Origin: Verrucomicrobiota bacterium
Lineage (GTDB): Bacteria; Verrucomicrobiota; Verrucomicrobiia; Limisphaerales; UBA8199
Direction: 5' to 3'
Length of the DNA stretch: 64,000 nt
Assembly: GCA_012517205.1 (NCBI GenBank)
Contig: JAAYVL010000121.1
Span: forward strand, 66-64,065
Part shown: piece by piece, positions 18,935 to 29,233 of the stretch
Position numbering within the stretch: the stretch's first letter is position 1
How the letters are laid out: each line of letters starts with the position of its first letter
Translations under genes and position numbers: made by a program
Notes under the pieces: generated by a model
The model's database searches: none
The model's input: only the letters and a program-made list of their open reading frames with translations
Told to the model about the DNA's origin: nothing

Positions 18935-20377
18935 TCACGCCGGCTGAGGAGCGTCGTTCACGCGCAGGAATTCGATGCGATAGTTGGCCTCCGGATGACG
19001 CCGGGAGGGCCCGGCCACGAGCATGGCGACCGCGCCCGGCAGGCGATGCTCGCGGAGCCACTGCCGGGCAAACGCACGCCAATCCTCCGGATCCTCGGCC
19101 AGTTGGACCGCCTGCACTCCGTAGGAAAAGGCCAATCCCTGGCAAACGGCGGCACTTTGGCTTATGGCCACCACCCACACCGCCGGGTTGAACCGCGAAA
19201 TCATGCGCGCCGTGGTGCCGGTCCAGGTAGGCACGAACACCGCCGCGCAGGGCACGCTCCCCAGCGCGTTTTCCACCACCGAAACAATCGCCTCCGCCGT
19301 GGTGGCCGGCTGGCGCTGGCTCGATAACGCCCACAGGTCGTCGAGGCGGGTAGGTGGCCGGTGCGCTTCCGTGAACGCCGCAATCTTCGCCAGCATTGTC
19401 ACCGCTTCCTCCGGGTAGTGACCCATCGCGGATTCGCCCGACAGCATGATGCAATCGGTGCCGTCCAGGATGGCGTTGGCCACATCAGTGGACTCGGCGC
19501 GAGTGGGCAGGCGGTTCACCACCATGGACTCGAGCATTTGGGTGGCGGTGATGACCGGTTTGCCCACCAGGCTTGCCCGGGCGATGAGTTGCTTTTGCAA
19601 AACCGCCATTTCCTGGATCGGCACTTCCACCCCCAGGTCACCGCGCGCCACCATGATGCCGTCCGTCGCCTTCAGAATATCATCCAGATGCCGGAGCGCG
19701 TCCGCGCGCTCGATTTTTGCGATGAGGAACGGATGCTTGCCAAGCGCGCTGGCTGCCGCCCGCACCGCCTCCATGTCCGCGGCGGTTTCGACAAACGACT
19801 GGCTGATCGCATCCACGCCCGCCCGGAGCGCAAACTCCAGGCAATCCCGGTCGTGCGCGGTGAACGCGCTGATTCCCAGGTCAATGCCCGGCAGATTCAG
19901 GCCCTTGCGGGACCGCAGTTCGCCACCGACGGCAACCCGGCAATGCACCTCGCTTCCCTGCACCTGCTCCACCACCAGTTGCACCAACCCGTCGTTGAGG
20001 AACAGCCGGTTCCCCGGCTTCACCACCCGGGGCAACCGCTCGAAGTTTGTCGCGACCCGCTGCCGGTTGCCGACGATATCCTCGTTGGTCAGTGTAAAGC
20101 TTTCGCCCGCGCGCAGTTCAATAGGCTCGGGTTCGATCCGACCGAGGCGCATCTTGGGGCCCGGCAGGTCGGCCATGATGGCGACGCGCCGGCCCGTGAC
20201 CTTTTCCGCGGCGCGGATGCGCGCAATCCGCTCGCCATGACTCGCGAGGTCCCCATGTGAAAAGTTCAGGCGCGCCACATTCATTCCGGCGCGCAGGAGG
20301 CGCTCCAGCATCGCGGGCGAATCCGAGGCGGGGCCGATGGTGGCCACGATCTTGGTCTTATGGTCGGGCAATAGCAT
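18935..20377 (-). CDS. pyk: pyruvate kinase
   Basis: KTKIVATIGPAS, NVARLNFSHGD, FLIAKIE, MVARGDLGVE and ATQMLESM. ATG 20377 is preferred over GTG 20404. Confidence 0.92.
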   Translation of the reverse strand: MLLPDHKTKIVATIGPASDSPAMLERLLRAGMNVARLNFSHGDLASHGERIARIRAAEKVTGRRVAIMADLPGPKMRLGRIEPEPIELRAGESFTLTNEDIVGNRQRVATNFERLPRVVKPGNRLFLNDGLVQLVVEQVQGSEVHCRVAVGGELRSRKGLNLPGIDLGISAFTAHDRDCLEFALRAGVDAISQSFVETAADMEAVRAAASALGKHPFLIAKIERADALRHLDDILKATDGIMVARGDLGVEVPIQEMAVLQKQLIARASLVGKPVITATQMLESMVVNRLPTRAESTDVANAILDGTDCIMLSGESAMGHYPEEAVTMLAKIAAFTEAHRPPTRLDDLWALSSQRQPATTAEAIVSVVENALGSVPCAAVFVPTWTGTTARMISRFNPAVWVVAISQSAAVCQGLAFSYGVQAVQLAEDPEDWRAFARQWLREHRLPGAVAMLVAGPSRRHPEANYRIEFLRVNDAPQPA

Positions 20378-20494
20378 AGGCGCAGCGAATGAAATCACGT
20401 CCACCCCGAGCCTTCAACGACAGACTTGCCGGCGAGCCGCGCTCCGGGAGGCAACCACACCCGCACTCCCGCGGGCCGGGGAGCCAGCTCCGGG

Positions 20495-21982
20495 TCAATT
20501 GCCCCGGCGCAATCCGGCGAAACGAGTAGCGGCGTCCTCCCAGGCGGCGGCGGGGCCGGGCTTAAAAACAGCCACCTTGCTGGACTTGCGGATGACCTCG
20601 CGCATCTCGGCGAGCGTTGCCAGTTCGCCGCTGGCGCGCACCTGGACCAGCAGGTTGCCCATCGCGGTCGCCTCGACGGGGCCAGCCACCACCGGACGCT
20701 GGCAGGCGTCGGCGGTGAATTGGTTGAGGATGGCGCTCTGGGAACCGCCGCCGACAATATGAATGACCTCGATGCAATTGCCGGTGAGTTCTTCGAGCCA
20801 GCCCAGCACCTCGCGGTACTTGAGCGCGAGGCTCTCGTAGGCGCAGCGGACCAGCTCGCCTTCGGTCCGGGGCGCGGGCTGCCGAGTTTCCCGGCAAAAG
20901 GCCTGGATGGCTTTCGGCATGTCGGGCGGATTGAGGAACCGCGCGTCGTCCGGGTTGACGATGGAACGGAGCGCCGGGGCCCGGTCAGCCATACGCGCGA
21001 GCTGGCCATAGTCGTATTTCCGGCCGCGGGCATCAAAGGCGCGTTTGCACTGCTGCACGAGCCACAGGCCCATGATGTTTTTGAGCAGCCGATAGGTGCC
21101 GTCCAGGCCGCCTTCGTTGGTCAGATTCAACGCCTGCGTGCGCGCGCTCAAGGAGGCCTTCTGAATCTCGACCCCCATGAGCGACCAGGTGCCGGAGCTC
21201 AGGTACGCCCAGTTGGCTTTGCCCGTGTGGGCCGTGGGCACCCCGGCGACCGCAGCGGCGGTATCATGCGTAGGCGGCGCCACCACGTTGATTTTGCGCA
21301 GGCCGGTGCGCTCCGCGACGCCGGGCCGCAACACGCCCAACCGGGTGCCGGGCGGCATGACTTTCGGAAAAATGCGCGTGGGCAGGCCAAACTGTTTCAG
21401 CAGGCCGGTGGCCCAGTTGCGGGTCAGCGGGTGCAGGCACTGGGTGGTGGTGCCGTTGGTGAATTCGACCACACGGGAGCCACACAACGCCCAATGGATG
21501 AAGTCCGGCATCAACAGCAGCGCGTCCGCCCTTTCGAGCATCTTCGGAGCGCCCTGTTTATGGGCCAGCAGTTGGAACAAGGTGTTGAACTGCATGAACT
21601 GCAGGCCGGTCTGGGCAAAGATTTTCGCCCGAGGCACTTTTCGGAACGCCTTTTCCATCATGCCGTTGGTGCGGGCGTCGCGATACGCGAACGGCTGCCC
21701 CAGCATTTCGTCGCGCTCATCGAGCAGCACATAGTCCACCCCCCAGGTGTCGGCACCGACCGATACAATCCCGGGGCCATACTTCCGGGCGGCCAGGCTC
21801 AGGCCGTTCTGGATTTCCGCCCACAGCCGCACGACGTCCCAGCGGAGCGAGTCGCCCAGATAGACGGGGCCATTGGGGAACCGATGAATTTCTTCGAGAC
21901 GGATGGTCTTGCCATTCCAACGGCCGGCCACAAGGCGGCCGCTTTCCGCGCCAAGGTCAATCGCCAGGTAGGTGTTAGGCAT
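20495..21982 (-). CDS. rhaB: rhamnulokinase
   Basis: Collinear similarity to E. coli RhaB as recalled: [67 protein letters not shown] and [11 protein letters not shown]. Confidence 0.92.
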   Translation of the reverse strand: MPNTYLAIDLGAESGRLVAGRWNGKTIRLEEIHRFPNGPVYLGDSLRWDVVRLWAEIQNGLSLAARKYGPGIVSVGADTWGVDYVLLDERDEMLGQPFAYRDARTNGMMEKAFRKVPRAKIFAQTGLQFMQFNTLFQLLAHKQGAPKMLERADALLLMPDFIHWALCGSRVVEFTNGTTTQCLHPLTRNWATGLLKQFGLPTRIFPKVMPPGTRLGVLRPGVAERTGLRKINVVAPPTHDTAAAVAGVPTAHTGKANWAYLSSGTWSLMGVEIQKASLSARTQALNLTNEGGLDGTYRLLKNIMGLWLVQQCKRAFDARGRKYDYGQLARMADRAPALRSIVNPDDARFLNPPDMPKAIQAFCRETRQPAPRTEGELVRCAYESLALKYREVLGWLEELTGNCIEVIHIVGGGSQSAILNQFTADACQRPVVAGPVEATAMGNLLVQVRASGELATLAEMREVIRKSSKVAVFKPGPAAAWEDAATRFAGLRRGN

Positions 21983-22049
21983 AAAGCGTCAGGGGACTGG
22001 GGTTGCGGGATTCGTAGTGCGTTACGCGCCGGGCATGGGGGGCGGGCCG

Positions 22050-23159
22050 TCAGGAGGTGGAAGCGGCGGGCGGCGGCACGCTGGCGGACTTCTCCTGACT
22101 CAACTTGCCACTGTAAGCCGCGATTACCGTCGAAGACAGGAGCAACACCAGGCCCAGGGCCAGCAGGCTGCGCGTGCGGCTGCTGGTGCCTTTCCATTCC
22201 CCGAGGAAGATGCCCAGCAGCGTGCTGAAGAGGATCGCGCTGGCCATCAGGACCGCCCAGCCGATATAGGCCATCTTGCCCATCGCCGGTTCGCCGGTTT
22301 TGAAGCAGATGAACTGCGAACACCAGATGGCGCCCGCCAGGCCGGCAAAGAGGAAGTTGCCCAGCAGCGGCGCATCCTTCCGCGTGTAGTCGTTAGTGGT
22401 CTTATTCCGGGCATTCAAATAAAGGCACCAGACGCCGTTAACCAGGAACCCGCCGAACAGAACGACAACCAGAACCGGCATCCCGCGCCAGGTGGTCGAA
22501 GTGGCGGGCATGAGGCCCTCAGCCAACTCTTCCAGCCGGGCTCCGCCCTGCAAGCCAAAGCTCATCGCCGAACTCATCAGGCCGGAGAAAATGGCCACCG
22601 TGATGCCCTTCTTGAAGTTGTACTCCGCCACCGCCTTCTTCTTTTCCGCCTCCGGCAGTTCTTTTTCCTTGGACATGCCGGCCATGCCGACCAACACAAT
22701 GCCCACCAGCGAAACGAGCACGCCAACCATGGAAGCGTTGGCCGAAGGCGTGCCCAGCAGGCTCCCAACCTTGCCCGCGAGGATGGGCGGGACCAGGGTG
22801 CCGGCGGCGGAACACAGCCCGCAGCCAATCGCCAAACCGAGGCCCACGCCGAGATACCGGATCATCAGACCCCAGGTCAGTCCGCCCACGCCCCACGCCG
22901 CGCCGCACAGACAGCAGTAGGCCAGGGTGCGGGCCGGCGCTTCCTGGAGCACCGACAGCACGTTGGGCGAGGTAATCATCGCCAGCGCCCACGGCACCAC
23001 CAGCAGGCCGAACACCGCGTAGATGAACCAATAGCTCTCCCACGCCCAGTTCCGGACCTTCTTGAACGGCAGATAAAACACCGCCCCGGCCAGCCCGCCC
23101 AGCGTGAAGATCATTACCCCCAGCGCCGGATTCGTTGTCGCTTGCGTCGCGTCCATCAT
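22050..23159 (-). CDS. rhaT: L-rhamnose/proton symporter
   Basis: FYLPFKKVRNWAWESYWF, WGVGGLTWGLMIRYLGVGLG and EYNFKKGITVAIFSG match E. coli RhaT as recalled. Start is ATG 23159 (MMDATQ...). Confidence 0.85.
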   Translation of the reverse strand: MMDATQATTNPALGVMIFTLGGLAGAVFYLPFKKVRNWAWESYWFIYAVFGLLVVPWALAMITSPNVLSVLQEAPARTLAYCCLCGAAWGVGGLTWGLMIRYLGVGLGLAIGCGLCSAAGTLVPPILAGKVGSLLGTPSANASMVGVLVSLVGIVLVGMAGMSKEKELPEAEKKKAVAEYNFKKGITVAIFSGLMSSAMSFGLQGGARLEELAEGLMPATSTTWRGMPVLVVVLFGGFLVNGVWCLYLNARNKTTNDYTRKDAPLLGNFLFAGLAGAIWCSQFICFKTGEPAMGKMAYIGWAVLMASAILFSTLLGIFLGEWKGTSSRTRSLLALGLVLLLSSTVIAAYSGKLSQEKSASVPPPAASTS

Positions 23160-23173
23160 AAAGCCCCCGATTC

Positions 23174-24442
23174 TTACTGGCGCTTGGACAGCACGTCCCG
23201 CTCGTAGCGTTTCACTTCGGCCAGCCAGGCGTTGCCGACGGGCACGTTCATTTGCTGGCAGTAGTAATCCCATACCGCGCCGGCGGGCAGGAGCTTGGCG
23301 TCCTCCATCAGGGCCAGGCGCGAGGTGTAGTCGCCCTCGGCCTCGAACTGCTTGAGCTTGTTAATCGGCGTCACCAGGGCAAGCAGGAGCGCCTTGACCA
23401 TATTGCGCGTGCCAATCACCCACGCCGCGACGCGATTGATGCTGGCGTCAAAGTAGTCCAGCCCAATATGCACGCGGCGGGTGTAGTCGCCCCAAACGAT
23501 CTCCTGGGCGATTGCCTGCAGCTCGTCGGTGAGGGTGACCACGTGGTCGCTGTCCCAGCGCACCCCGCGGCTGACATGGAGGGCGATCTCCGGCACGTAA
23601 TTGAGCACCGCGGAAATCTTGTCGGCAATGCCTTCCGTCGGATGATAATGGCCGGCATCCAGGGTCAGCAGGATTTGCCGGCTGGCCGCGTAGCCCAGGT
23701 AAAACTCGGACGAACCGGGCGTGTAGCTTTCGGCGCCAATGCCAAAGAGCTTGGACTCGACCGAATCCAGGTTGAGCTTCCGGTCAATCTTCTTCTTGAA
23801 GACCGCGTCCAGGGATTGGATCAGGCGCTCACGCGGGCCGCGGCGGTCGGCGGGCGTGTCCTTCATCCCATCGGGAATCCACAAGTTGGTGACGCAGGTT
23901 TTGCCCAGGGCCTTGCCGATCGCAGCACCGATTTCGCGGCAGCGGATGCCATGTTCGATCCAGAACTTGCGGATGCCCGCATCGGCGCTGGTAAGCGTGA
24001 AGCCGCCCACCACCTTCGGGTGAGCGAAATAGGTCTGATTGAAGTCCATGCCAATCTTGAGGGCCTTGGCCCAGGCAATCCAGTTCTTGAACTGGTCGGC
24101 GCTCAACGCATCGCGATCCACCTTCCGGCCGCTCATCTCGGCGTAGCAGGCGTGGAGGTTGAACCGGTGGCGGCCCGGGATGACAGAAAGCGCTTTCTCG
24201 AAGTCGCTCCGCAGTTCATTGGCGGTGCGAGCCTTGCCGGGGTAGTTGCCGGTGACGGCCAGTCCGCCGCCCAGTTCCTGGCCGGCGTTCTCGAAGCCGC
24301 CGACATCATCCCCCTGCCAGCAGTGGATCGAAATGGGGATCTGCGTCAATTGTTTCAGGGCTTTGTCCGTATCCACACCCACCTGGGCATACCGTTCTTT
24401 GGCGAGCTGGTAGGATTGTTCGATGTTCTTCGTATTGCTCAT
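23174..24442 (-). CDS. rhaA: L-rhamnose isomerase (E. coli RhaA type)
   Basis: [68 protein letters not shown] and [20 protein letters not shown] 24442 is preferred over TTG 24466. Confidence 0.92.
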   Translation of the reverse strand: MSNTKNIEQSYQLAKERYAQVGVDTDKALKQLTQIPISIHCWQGDDVGGFENAGQELGGGLAVTGNYPGKARTANELRSDFEKALSVIPGRHRFNLHACYAEMSGRKVDRDALSADQFKNWIAWAKALKIGMDFNQTYFAHPKVVGGFTLTSADAGIRKFWIEHGIRCREIGAAIGKALGKTCVTNLWIPDGMKDTPADRRGPRERLIQSLDAVFKKKIDRKLNLDSVESKLFGIGAESYTPGSSEFYLGYAASRQILLTLDAGHYHPTEGIADKISAVLNYVPEIALHVSRGVRWDSDHVVTLTDELQAIAQEIVWGDYTRRVHIGLDYFDASINRVAAWVIGTRNMVKALLLALVTPINKLKQFEAEGDYTSRLALMEDAKLLPAGAVWDYYCQQMNVPVGNAWLAEVKRYERDVLSKRQ

Positions 24443-24618
24443 AAATAATGCTTCCGCAGTTGACAATGTTGAGCGGATATTATGCGGCTTGGCGGGCGCG
24501 TCAACAACCTTTTCCAGCCCGGCGCGGCCATCGTGATTCGGCTCGCGAATAAGCTAACTTTGAACTTGCGCCACAACGACCAACCCCCTAAATTGCCGCA
24601 AGAACTTACGAATATATT

Positions 24619-25374
24619 ATGTCTGCACTGCTTAGAGCCACATGGCGAGTCCGCCAAAAAATTAGAGCGTTTACTTTGATTGAACTGTTGGTGGTGATTG
24701 CGATCATCGCCATCCTGGCGGCGCTGCTGTTGCCCGCCCTGGCCAAAGCCCAGCAAAAAGCACTACAGGCCAACTGCACCAGCAATCTCAAGCAGGTTGG
24801 GCTGGCTTGTTCCTTATACACGCAGGACTACAACGATTACCTGCCCGGCCCCTGCTGGTCCGGCATGTTTTGCATCTACAAGGATAACGCGCCCAACCAG
24901 ACAATCGCCGAGAATCCCAACAAGTATTTCGGCGCTTTGGCGGCTTACCTCACCACTTATCTCGCCAGCCCGCCGCCATCGGGCACCATCGCCTATACTT
25001 CGAAAGTAATGGTATGCCCCGCCGGCTGGAAAAAAATACCGGGCAAACAAAGCCTTAACATCCCATCGAGCGTCCCGGTGCTGTACTTCTCCCCGGATAC
25101 CATCTACACAGATCCTTACAACACTAACCAAGTGGCATTCCTGTTTCCCTTTGGCCGCCCCAACACCCCTTACGCCGCGCCCCGGAAGGTCACCAACATT
25201 CCGAATCCGGCGGGCCAGTGGGCTATTACGGATGCCGACAAGTACAACGTTCCATCAGGGGCAACCTACTTCAACTGGCTGCCTAATGAGCCTGTGCATG
25301 GCACTCTCCGGCCGGCTATGCGCCAGACCCTTTTCTTCGACTGGCACGTTCAATCGCGGAAGACCATTCCCTGA
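24619..25374 (+). CDS. prepilin-type N-terminal cleavage/methylation domain protein (pseudopilin-like)
   Basis: N-terminal [30 protein letters not shown]. Confidence 0.85.
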   Translation: MSALLRATWRVRQKIRAFTLIELLVVIAIIAILAALLLPALAKAQQKALQANCTSNLKQVGLACSLYTQDYNDYLPGPCWSGMFCIYKDNAPNQTIAENPNKYFGALAAYLTTYLASPPPSGTIAYTSKVMVCPAGWKKIPGKQSLNIPSSVPVLYFSPDTIYTDPYNTNQVAFLFPFGRPNTPYAAPRKVTNIPNPAGQWAITDADKYNVPSGATYFNWLPNEPVHGTLRPAMRQTLFFDWHVQSRKTIP

Positions 25375-25615
25375 TCATCCCGGGGCGGCCAGGGCGGCGG
25401 AAGTGGATTGGCTGGCGATGAACGCGCGCGAGCAGCTTCGCGCCTTTCCGAATAACAGGACATCAGGGCAACCCTCGAATCGGGCTTGCCGGAGCCTTAT
25501 TACCGCTTTCCCAATGAAACCGGCCGGACTGCGCCCGGGATAAAGCCGGGCGCTGTCTCGATTCGGGTAAAAGCTGCGTGGCCCCAGTAGAAGCCAAGGC
25601 AGCCAGGCATCGGGG

Positions 25616-26047
25616 TCAAATCAGCGGGTAGGGATAAATGTCCGCCGGATCGAAGCGGCCTGGGGCAAACTCGAGGGCCTGGCCGGCTTCGGCCGTTTGC
25701 AATGCGTGCGCGATACCAGGCTCGATAAACAGCAGGTCGCCGGTTGCCAGAGGCACCGTGGCGCGCTCCCGGGTCTGAATATCTTCCACCACCACCGTCA
25801 GCCGGCCTTGCAGCACATAAACCCGCTCCCGTTTGATTCGATGATAATGATTCCCCCGCACGCCGCCCTCGCGGAGTTCAAGAGTCGCCAGGTAGTGGAT
25901 CCCTTCGTCAGAATCATGCACTTGCGCCAGTTCCCCTTGCGCCAACCGCAGGCGCTTGAGCGTGGGCGCATCGGGACCGGGACGCCCGGTGAGAATCGGC
26001 AGCGGCCACCGTACGACTTTGCCCGCCAGGTATTTAACTTCGGCCAT
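25616..26047 (-). CDS. cupin-domain protein
   Basis: ATG 26047 (MAEVKYL...) and a cupin-like core, GNHYHRIKRERVYVLQG ... LFIEPGIAHAL. Confidence 0.6.
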   Translation of the reverse strand: MAEVKYLAGKVVRWPLPILTGRPGPDAPTLKRLRLAQGELAQVHDSDEGIHYLATLELREGGVRGNHYHRIKRERVYVLQGRLTVVVEDIQTRERATVPLATGDLLFIEPGIAHALQTAEAGQALEFAPGRFDPADIYPYPLI

Positions 26048-26171
26048 AAGGATTTCCAGGTTCGCCCAGCCATACCACATTCCGCGGGGCCGCCGCAACC
26101 GTGGCGCTTTCCGGCGGCGGCGCAATTTTCGCATTATTGACTTGCAGCGCGCTTCAGCTCACGCTGCCGCC

Positions 26172-27521
26172 ATGAATGGCGATCAACGTGCCTCCGCAGT
26201 TGCCTCTGAAATGCCGTCCCGCTGCCGCCGGCGCCGGTTGCGGCTCTGCCTGGCGCTGGGATTCCTGGCGTGGAGCGGAGCGGCGGCACGGGCCGATTGG
26301 CCGGAGTTCCGCGGGCCGCGGGGCGACGGCCATGCCGTGACCCCGGGCGGCGCCCCGGTTGCCGGCCTGCCGCTGCATTGGAACGAGACCAACAACGTCA
26401 AATGGAAGACCCCCATCCCGCATCGCGGCTGGGCGACCCCGGTCGTAATGGGCGGCCAGGTCTGGCTGACCACGGCGACCCTCGAGGGGCATGACTTTTT
26501 CGCCCTCGGGCTGGACGCCGGGACGGGCCGGATTCGCTTCCACGAGAAGCTGTTTCACAGCGATAATCCCGAGCCGCTGGGCAATGGGGCTTCGATGAAT
26601 TGCTACGCGACGCCCTCGCCGGTAATCGAGCCGGGCCGGGTCTATGTCCATTTCGGCAGCTTCGGCACGGCTTGCCTGGACACGCGCTCCGGGCAGACGC
26701 TGTGGAAGTGCGACGACCTGCCCTGCCGGCATTATCGGGGCGCGTCTTCGTCGCCGGTTCTCTTCGAAAACCTGCTCATCCTCACGTTCGACGGCGCGAA
26801 CCTGCAATATCTCGCCGCGCTGGACAAGCAGACCGGCCGCACGGTGTGGAAGACGGACCGCTCGGTTGCCTGGAACGACGAACACGAACCGGGCCAGATG
26901 GCGCGCGAGGGGGACCACCGCAAGGCGCACGGCACGCCGCTGATCGTCACCGTGGCAGGCAAACCACTCCTGCTCAGCGCCGGCGCCAAGGCCGCCTATG
27001 GCTACGACCCGCGCACCGGGCGCGAACTGTGGAAAGTCCGCTACAACGACTATTCCACCGCGCCCCGCCCGGTCTTTGACCGCGGCCTGGCGTTCTTTGT
27101 CACCGGGCTGGCCACCAAAGAGCTTTGGGCCGTAAAGACGGATGGCCGCGGCGACATCACCGATACCGGGGTGGCCTGGAAGTTCAATCGGCGCGTAGGC
27201 ATCTACGCCTCGCCGTTGCTGGTGGACGGCTTGCTCTACACCGCCGCCGCGGAGAATTACCTGACCTGCGTGAACGCCGCGACCGGCGAGTCCGTCTGGA
27301 GCGAGCGCATCCCCGGCAAGTATGCCGCCTCGCCCATCTACGCGGACGGCCGCATCTACCTCTTCAACCAGTCCGGCGTCACCACCGTGGTCAAGCCCGG
27401 GCGCGCCTTCGAAGTCCTGGCCACCAACAACCTGGCGGACGGGTTCATGGCGTCGCCGGCCGTGTCCGGCAAGGCGTTCTACCTTCGCACCAAAACGCAC
27501 CTCTACCGGATCGAACAGTGA
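26172..27521 (+). CDS. PQQ-like/BamB-like beta-propeller repeat protein (exported)
   Basis: A leader is followed by DWPEFRGPRGDGH, then repeated propeller blades with W/G spacing. The start is ATG 26172 or ATG 26211. Confidence 0.75.
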   Translation: MNGDQRASAVASEMPSRCRRRRLRLCLALGFLAWSGAAARADWPEFRGPRGDGHAVTPGGAPVAGLPLHWNETNNVKWKTPIPHRGWATPVVMGGQVWLTTATLEGHDFFALGLDAGTGRIRFHEKLFHSDNPEPLGNGASMNCYATPSPVIEPGRVYVHFGSFGTACLDTRSGQTLWKCDDLPCRHYRGASSSPVLFENLLILTFDGANLQYLAALDKQTGRTVWKTDRSVAWNDEHEPGQMAREGDHRKAHGTPLIVTVAGKPLLLSAGAKAAYGYDPRTGRELWKVRYNDYSTAPRPVFDRGLAFFVTGLATKELWAVKTDGRGDITDTGVAWKFNRRVGIYASPLLVDGLLYTAAAENYLTCVNAATGESVWSERIPGKYAASPIYADGRIYLFNQSGVTTVVKPGRAFEVLATNNLADGFMASPAVSGKAFYLRTKTHLYRIEQ

Positions 27522-27566
27522 ACCGCCACCGCCCGGCGGGCCGGGCGGGCGGGGACGCCGGATGCG

Positions 27567-29141
27567 CTAACGCGCCGGGCGGCGCATCTGTTCGAGGAGA
27601 TTGCGGGTGATTTGCCGCACCCGGGAATCGGGCCCGGCAGGCTGGGTATAGACAGACGGACGGACGTAGCCGGGCGGCTCGCTCAGGCCGTCCCCCCACC
27701 AGCAAGTGGAAGCGTTGAACACGAAATTGCCGCGCGGGCCGGGATAGATGGTCGCGGTGTAATGGCCGTGGTTTAATACGCCCGGCTTCCATTGGGTCGG
27801 CCCGCCGGCGACGATCTCCAGCCCCGGGATCGCGGCGGGGTCGCCATGCCATTCCCAGCCCACCAGGCCCGGGATGCCCTCGCCGCGTTTCATGCCCGTG
27901 CCCGCAAACAACCAATGCTCGGGCTTGAGGCAAATCCAGTCCGCGCCGCCGGAGAACGGGCCCAGGTTGCGGGCGCCCACCAGTTCCGCCGAACTGGGGC
28001 TGGTGTGCGGCAGCTTTTCCATGCCGCGGATGGGCTTCGGGTCGCGCGGGCCGTAAAAGTCCACCCGCTCATACGTGCGCAGACGGCCGCGGAAGTCGGG
28101 CTGGAATTCGATGCGCCCGCAGCAGGTATTGCCGGAGAGAAACGCCACGTTGAGTCCCTGGCGGATGGCATGCTGCAAGTGCCGGAACATTTCCAGGGAG
28201 TAATACTCATCATGCCCCACCGAAAGGAAGCCGCGCGCGCGCAGCAATCCGGCCGGGTCGGCGTGGGTGTCCAGGTTCGAAATATAGCTCACGTCGTAGC
28301 CCTGCTCTTCCAGCCAGTACGCCAGGGGAAATTCCCACAGGAAGAACTCGCCCGATCCGGTCGAAAGCGGCGCGTCCAATATCTGGCAATACTTGCCATA
28401 GGGCCGGTTGAAGCTCACGGCCACGTCATTGCCCCAATACCACCGCGCCAGGCCGTCGTCATACAACGAAAACTGGTTGGGCCAGCGGTTATAGGCCTGC
28501 CAGGTCGTGTCCGAACACTGAAAAAGAAAATCCGCGCGGCGATCGTCGCGCACAATGAAGATGACGTAGCTCTGCCAGCCGGCGGGCTGCGCGGTCAGCT
28601 TGCCGACATAGACGCCGCTGAGCCAATCGGCGGGGATTTTGAGCGCGGCGCACGCCTCCCACTGGCAATCCCGCAGCCGCCGGGGGCCGATGGTCGGGTC
28701 AGGCTGCTGCGCGCCCTGGAACGGGCCCAGCCGCTTCATCAACCGGCCGCCCGCGCCGCCATAATACCCGAGCCGATAAAGATCCAGCGTGAAGGTTGCG
28801 GGCGGGTTGGTGCTGACGTGGAAGGTCAGCGTCTGGCCCGCGCGAATACTGGTATGCGAGCAATAGCCCTCGATCCAGGGGCAGCGGTATTGGGTCGCGG
28901 GATCAATACCGGTTTTGGTGAGCAGCCAATCGCGCGTTCCCGGGCGCTGGTTCTCTCTCCGAATGAGCCCGGCGGACGAGCCCGGAGAAGACGAACGCGG
29001 GAGCGCGCAGCCCCCCAGCGCCAGGACACTGCCGGCGCTCAGCATCCCCTGGAGCCATTCCCGGCGGGACACGGCGGTGGATTGAGTTCGGCCGGGACGC
29101 GGGGCGTCCCCTCGGGAAAGAGGATGCTTGTTCATGCTCAT
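27567..29141 (-). CDS. TAT-exported protein, N,N-dimethylformamidase-large-subunit-like (DUF6605-like), function unknown
   Basis: Leader SRREWLQGMLSAGSVLALGGCA. The IEGYCSHTSIRAGQTLTFHV...LDLYRLGYYGGAGGRL segment recalls that family. The coding call is good but the function call is weak. Confidence 0.6.
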   Translation of the reverse strand: MSMNKHPLSRGDAPRPGRTQSTAVSRREWLQGMLSAGSVLALGGCALPRSSSPGSSAGLIRRENQRPGTRDWLLTKTGIDPATQYRCPWIEGYCSHTSIRAGQTLTFHVSTNPPATFTLDLYRLGYYGGAGGRLMKRLGPFQGAQQPDPTIGPRRLRDCQWEACAALKIPADWLSGVYVGKLTAQPAGWQSYVIFIVRDDRRADFLFQCSDTTWQAYNRWPNQFSLYDDGLARWYWGNDVAVSFNRPYGKYCQILDAPLSTGSGEFFLWEFPLAYWLEEQGYDVSYISNLDTHADPAGLLRARGFLSVGHDEYYSLEMFRHLQHAIRQGLNVAFLSGNTCCGRIEFQPDFRGRLRTYERVDFYGPRDPKPIRGMEKLPHTSPSSAELVGARNLGPFSGGADWICLKPEHWLFAGTGMKRGEGIPGLVGWEWHGDPAAIPGLEIVAGGPTQWKPGVLNHGHYTATIYPGPRGNFVFNASTCWWGDGLSEPPGYVRPSVYTQPAGPDSRVRQITRNLLEQMRRPAR

Positions 29142-29233
29142 ATTTCGCAGGTTATGGCCAGCAGCATGGAGCCGGCCCGCCCAAAGTCAAGCCCCGCCTC
29201 CCGGCCCGCCGCGGCCGCCTTCGGGCCGGCGGC

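Noticed and set aside
17762-19327. 521-aa ORF antisense to fba and the 3' end of pyk
   Set aside because: It spans two well-supported genes and their intergenic region on the other strand, and its composition is implausible.
20130-20139. tRNA T-loop-like GGTTCGATCC
   Set aside because: It lies inside the well-supported pyk coding sequence, and the flanking bases do not form a T-stem or acceptor stem.
20426-22228. 600-aa ORF antisense to rhaB
   Set aside because: The opposite strand is collinear with E. coli RhaB. The antisense translation is low-complexity.
24460-24483. Sigma70-like TTGACA ... TATTAT between rhaA and the prepilin-like gene
   Set aside because: The spacer is only 12 nt, and a functional -35/-10 pair needs about 16-18 nt.
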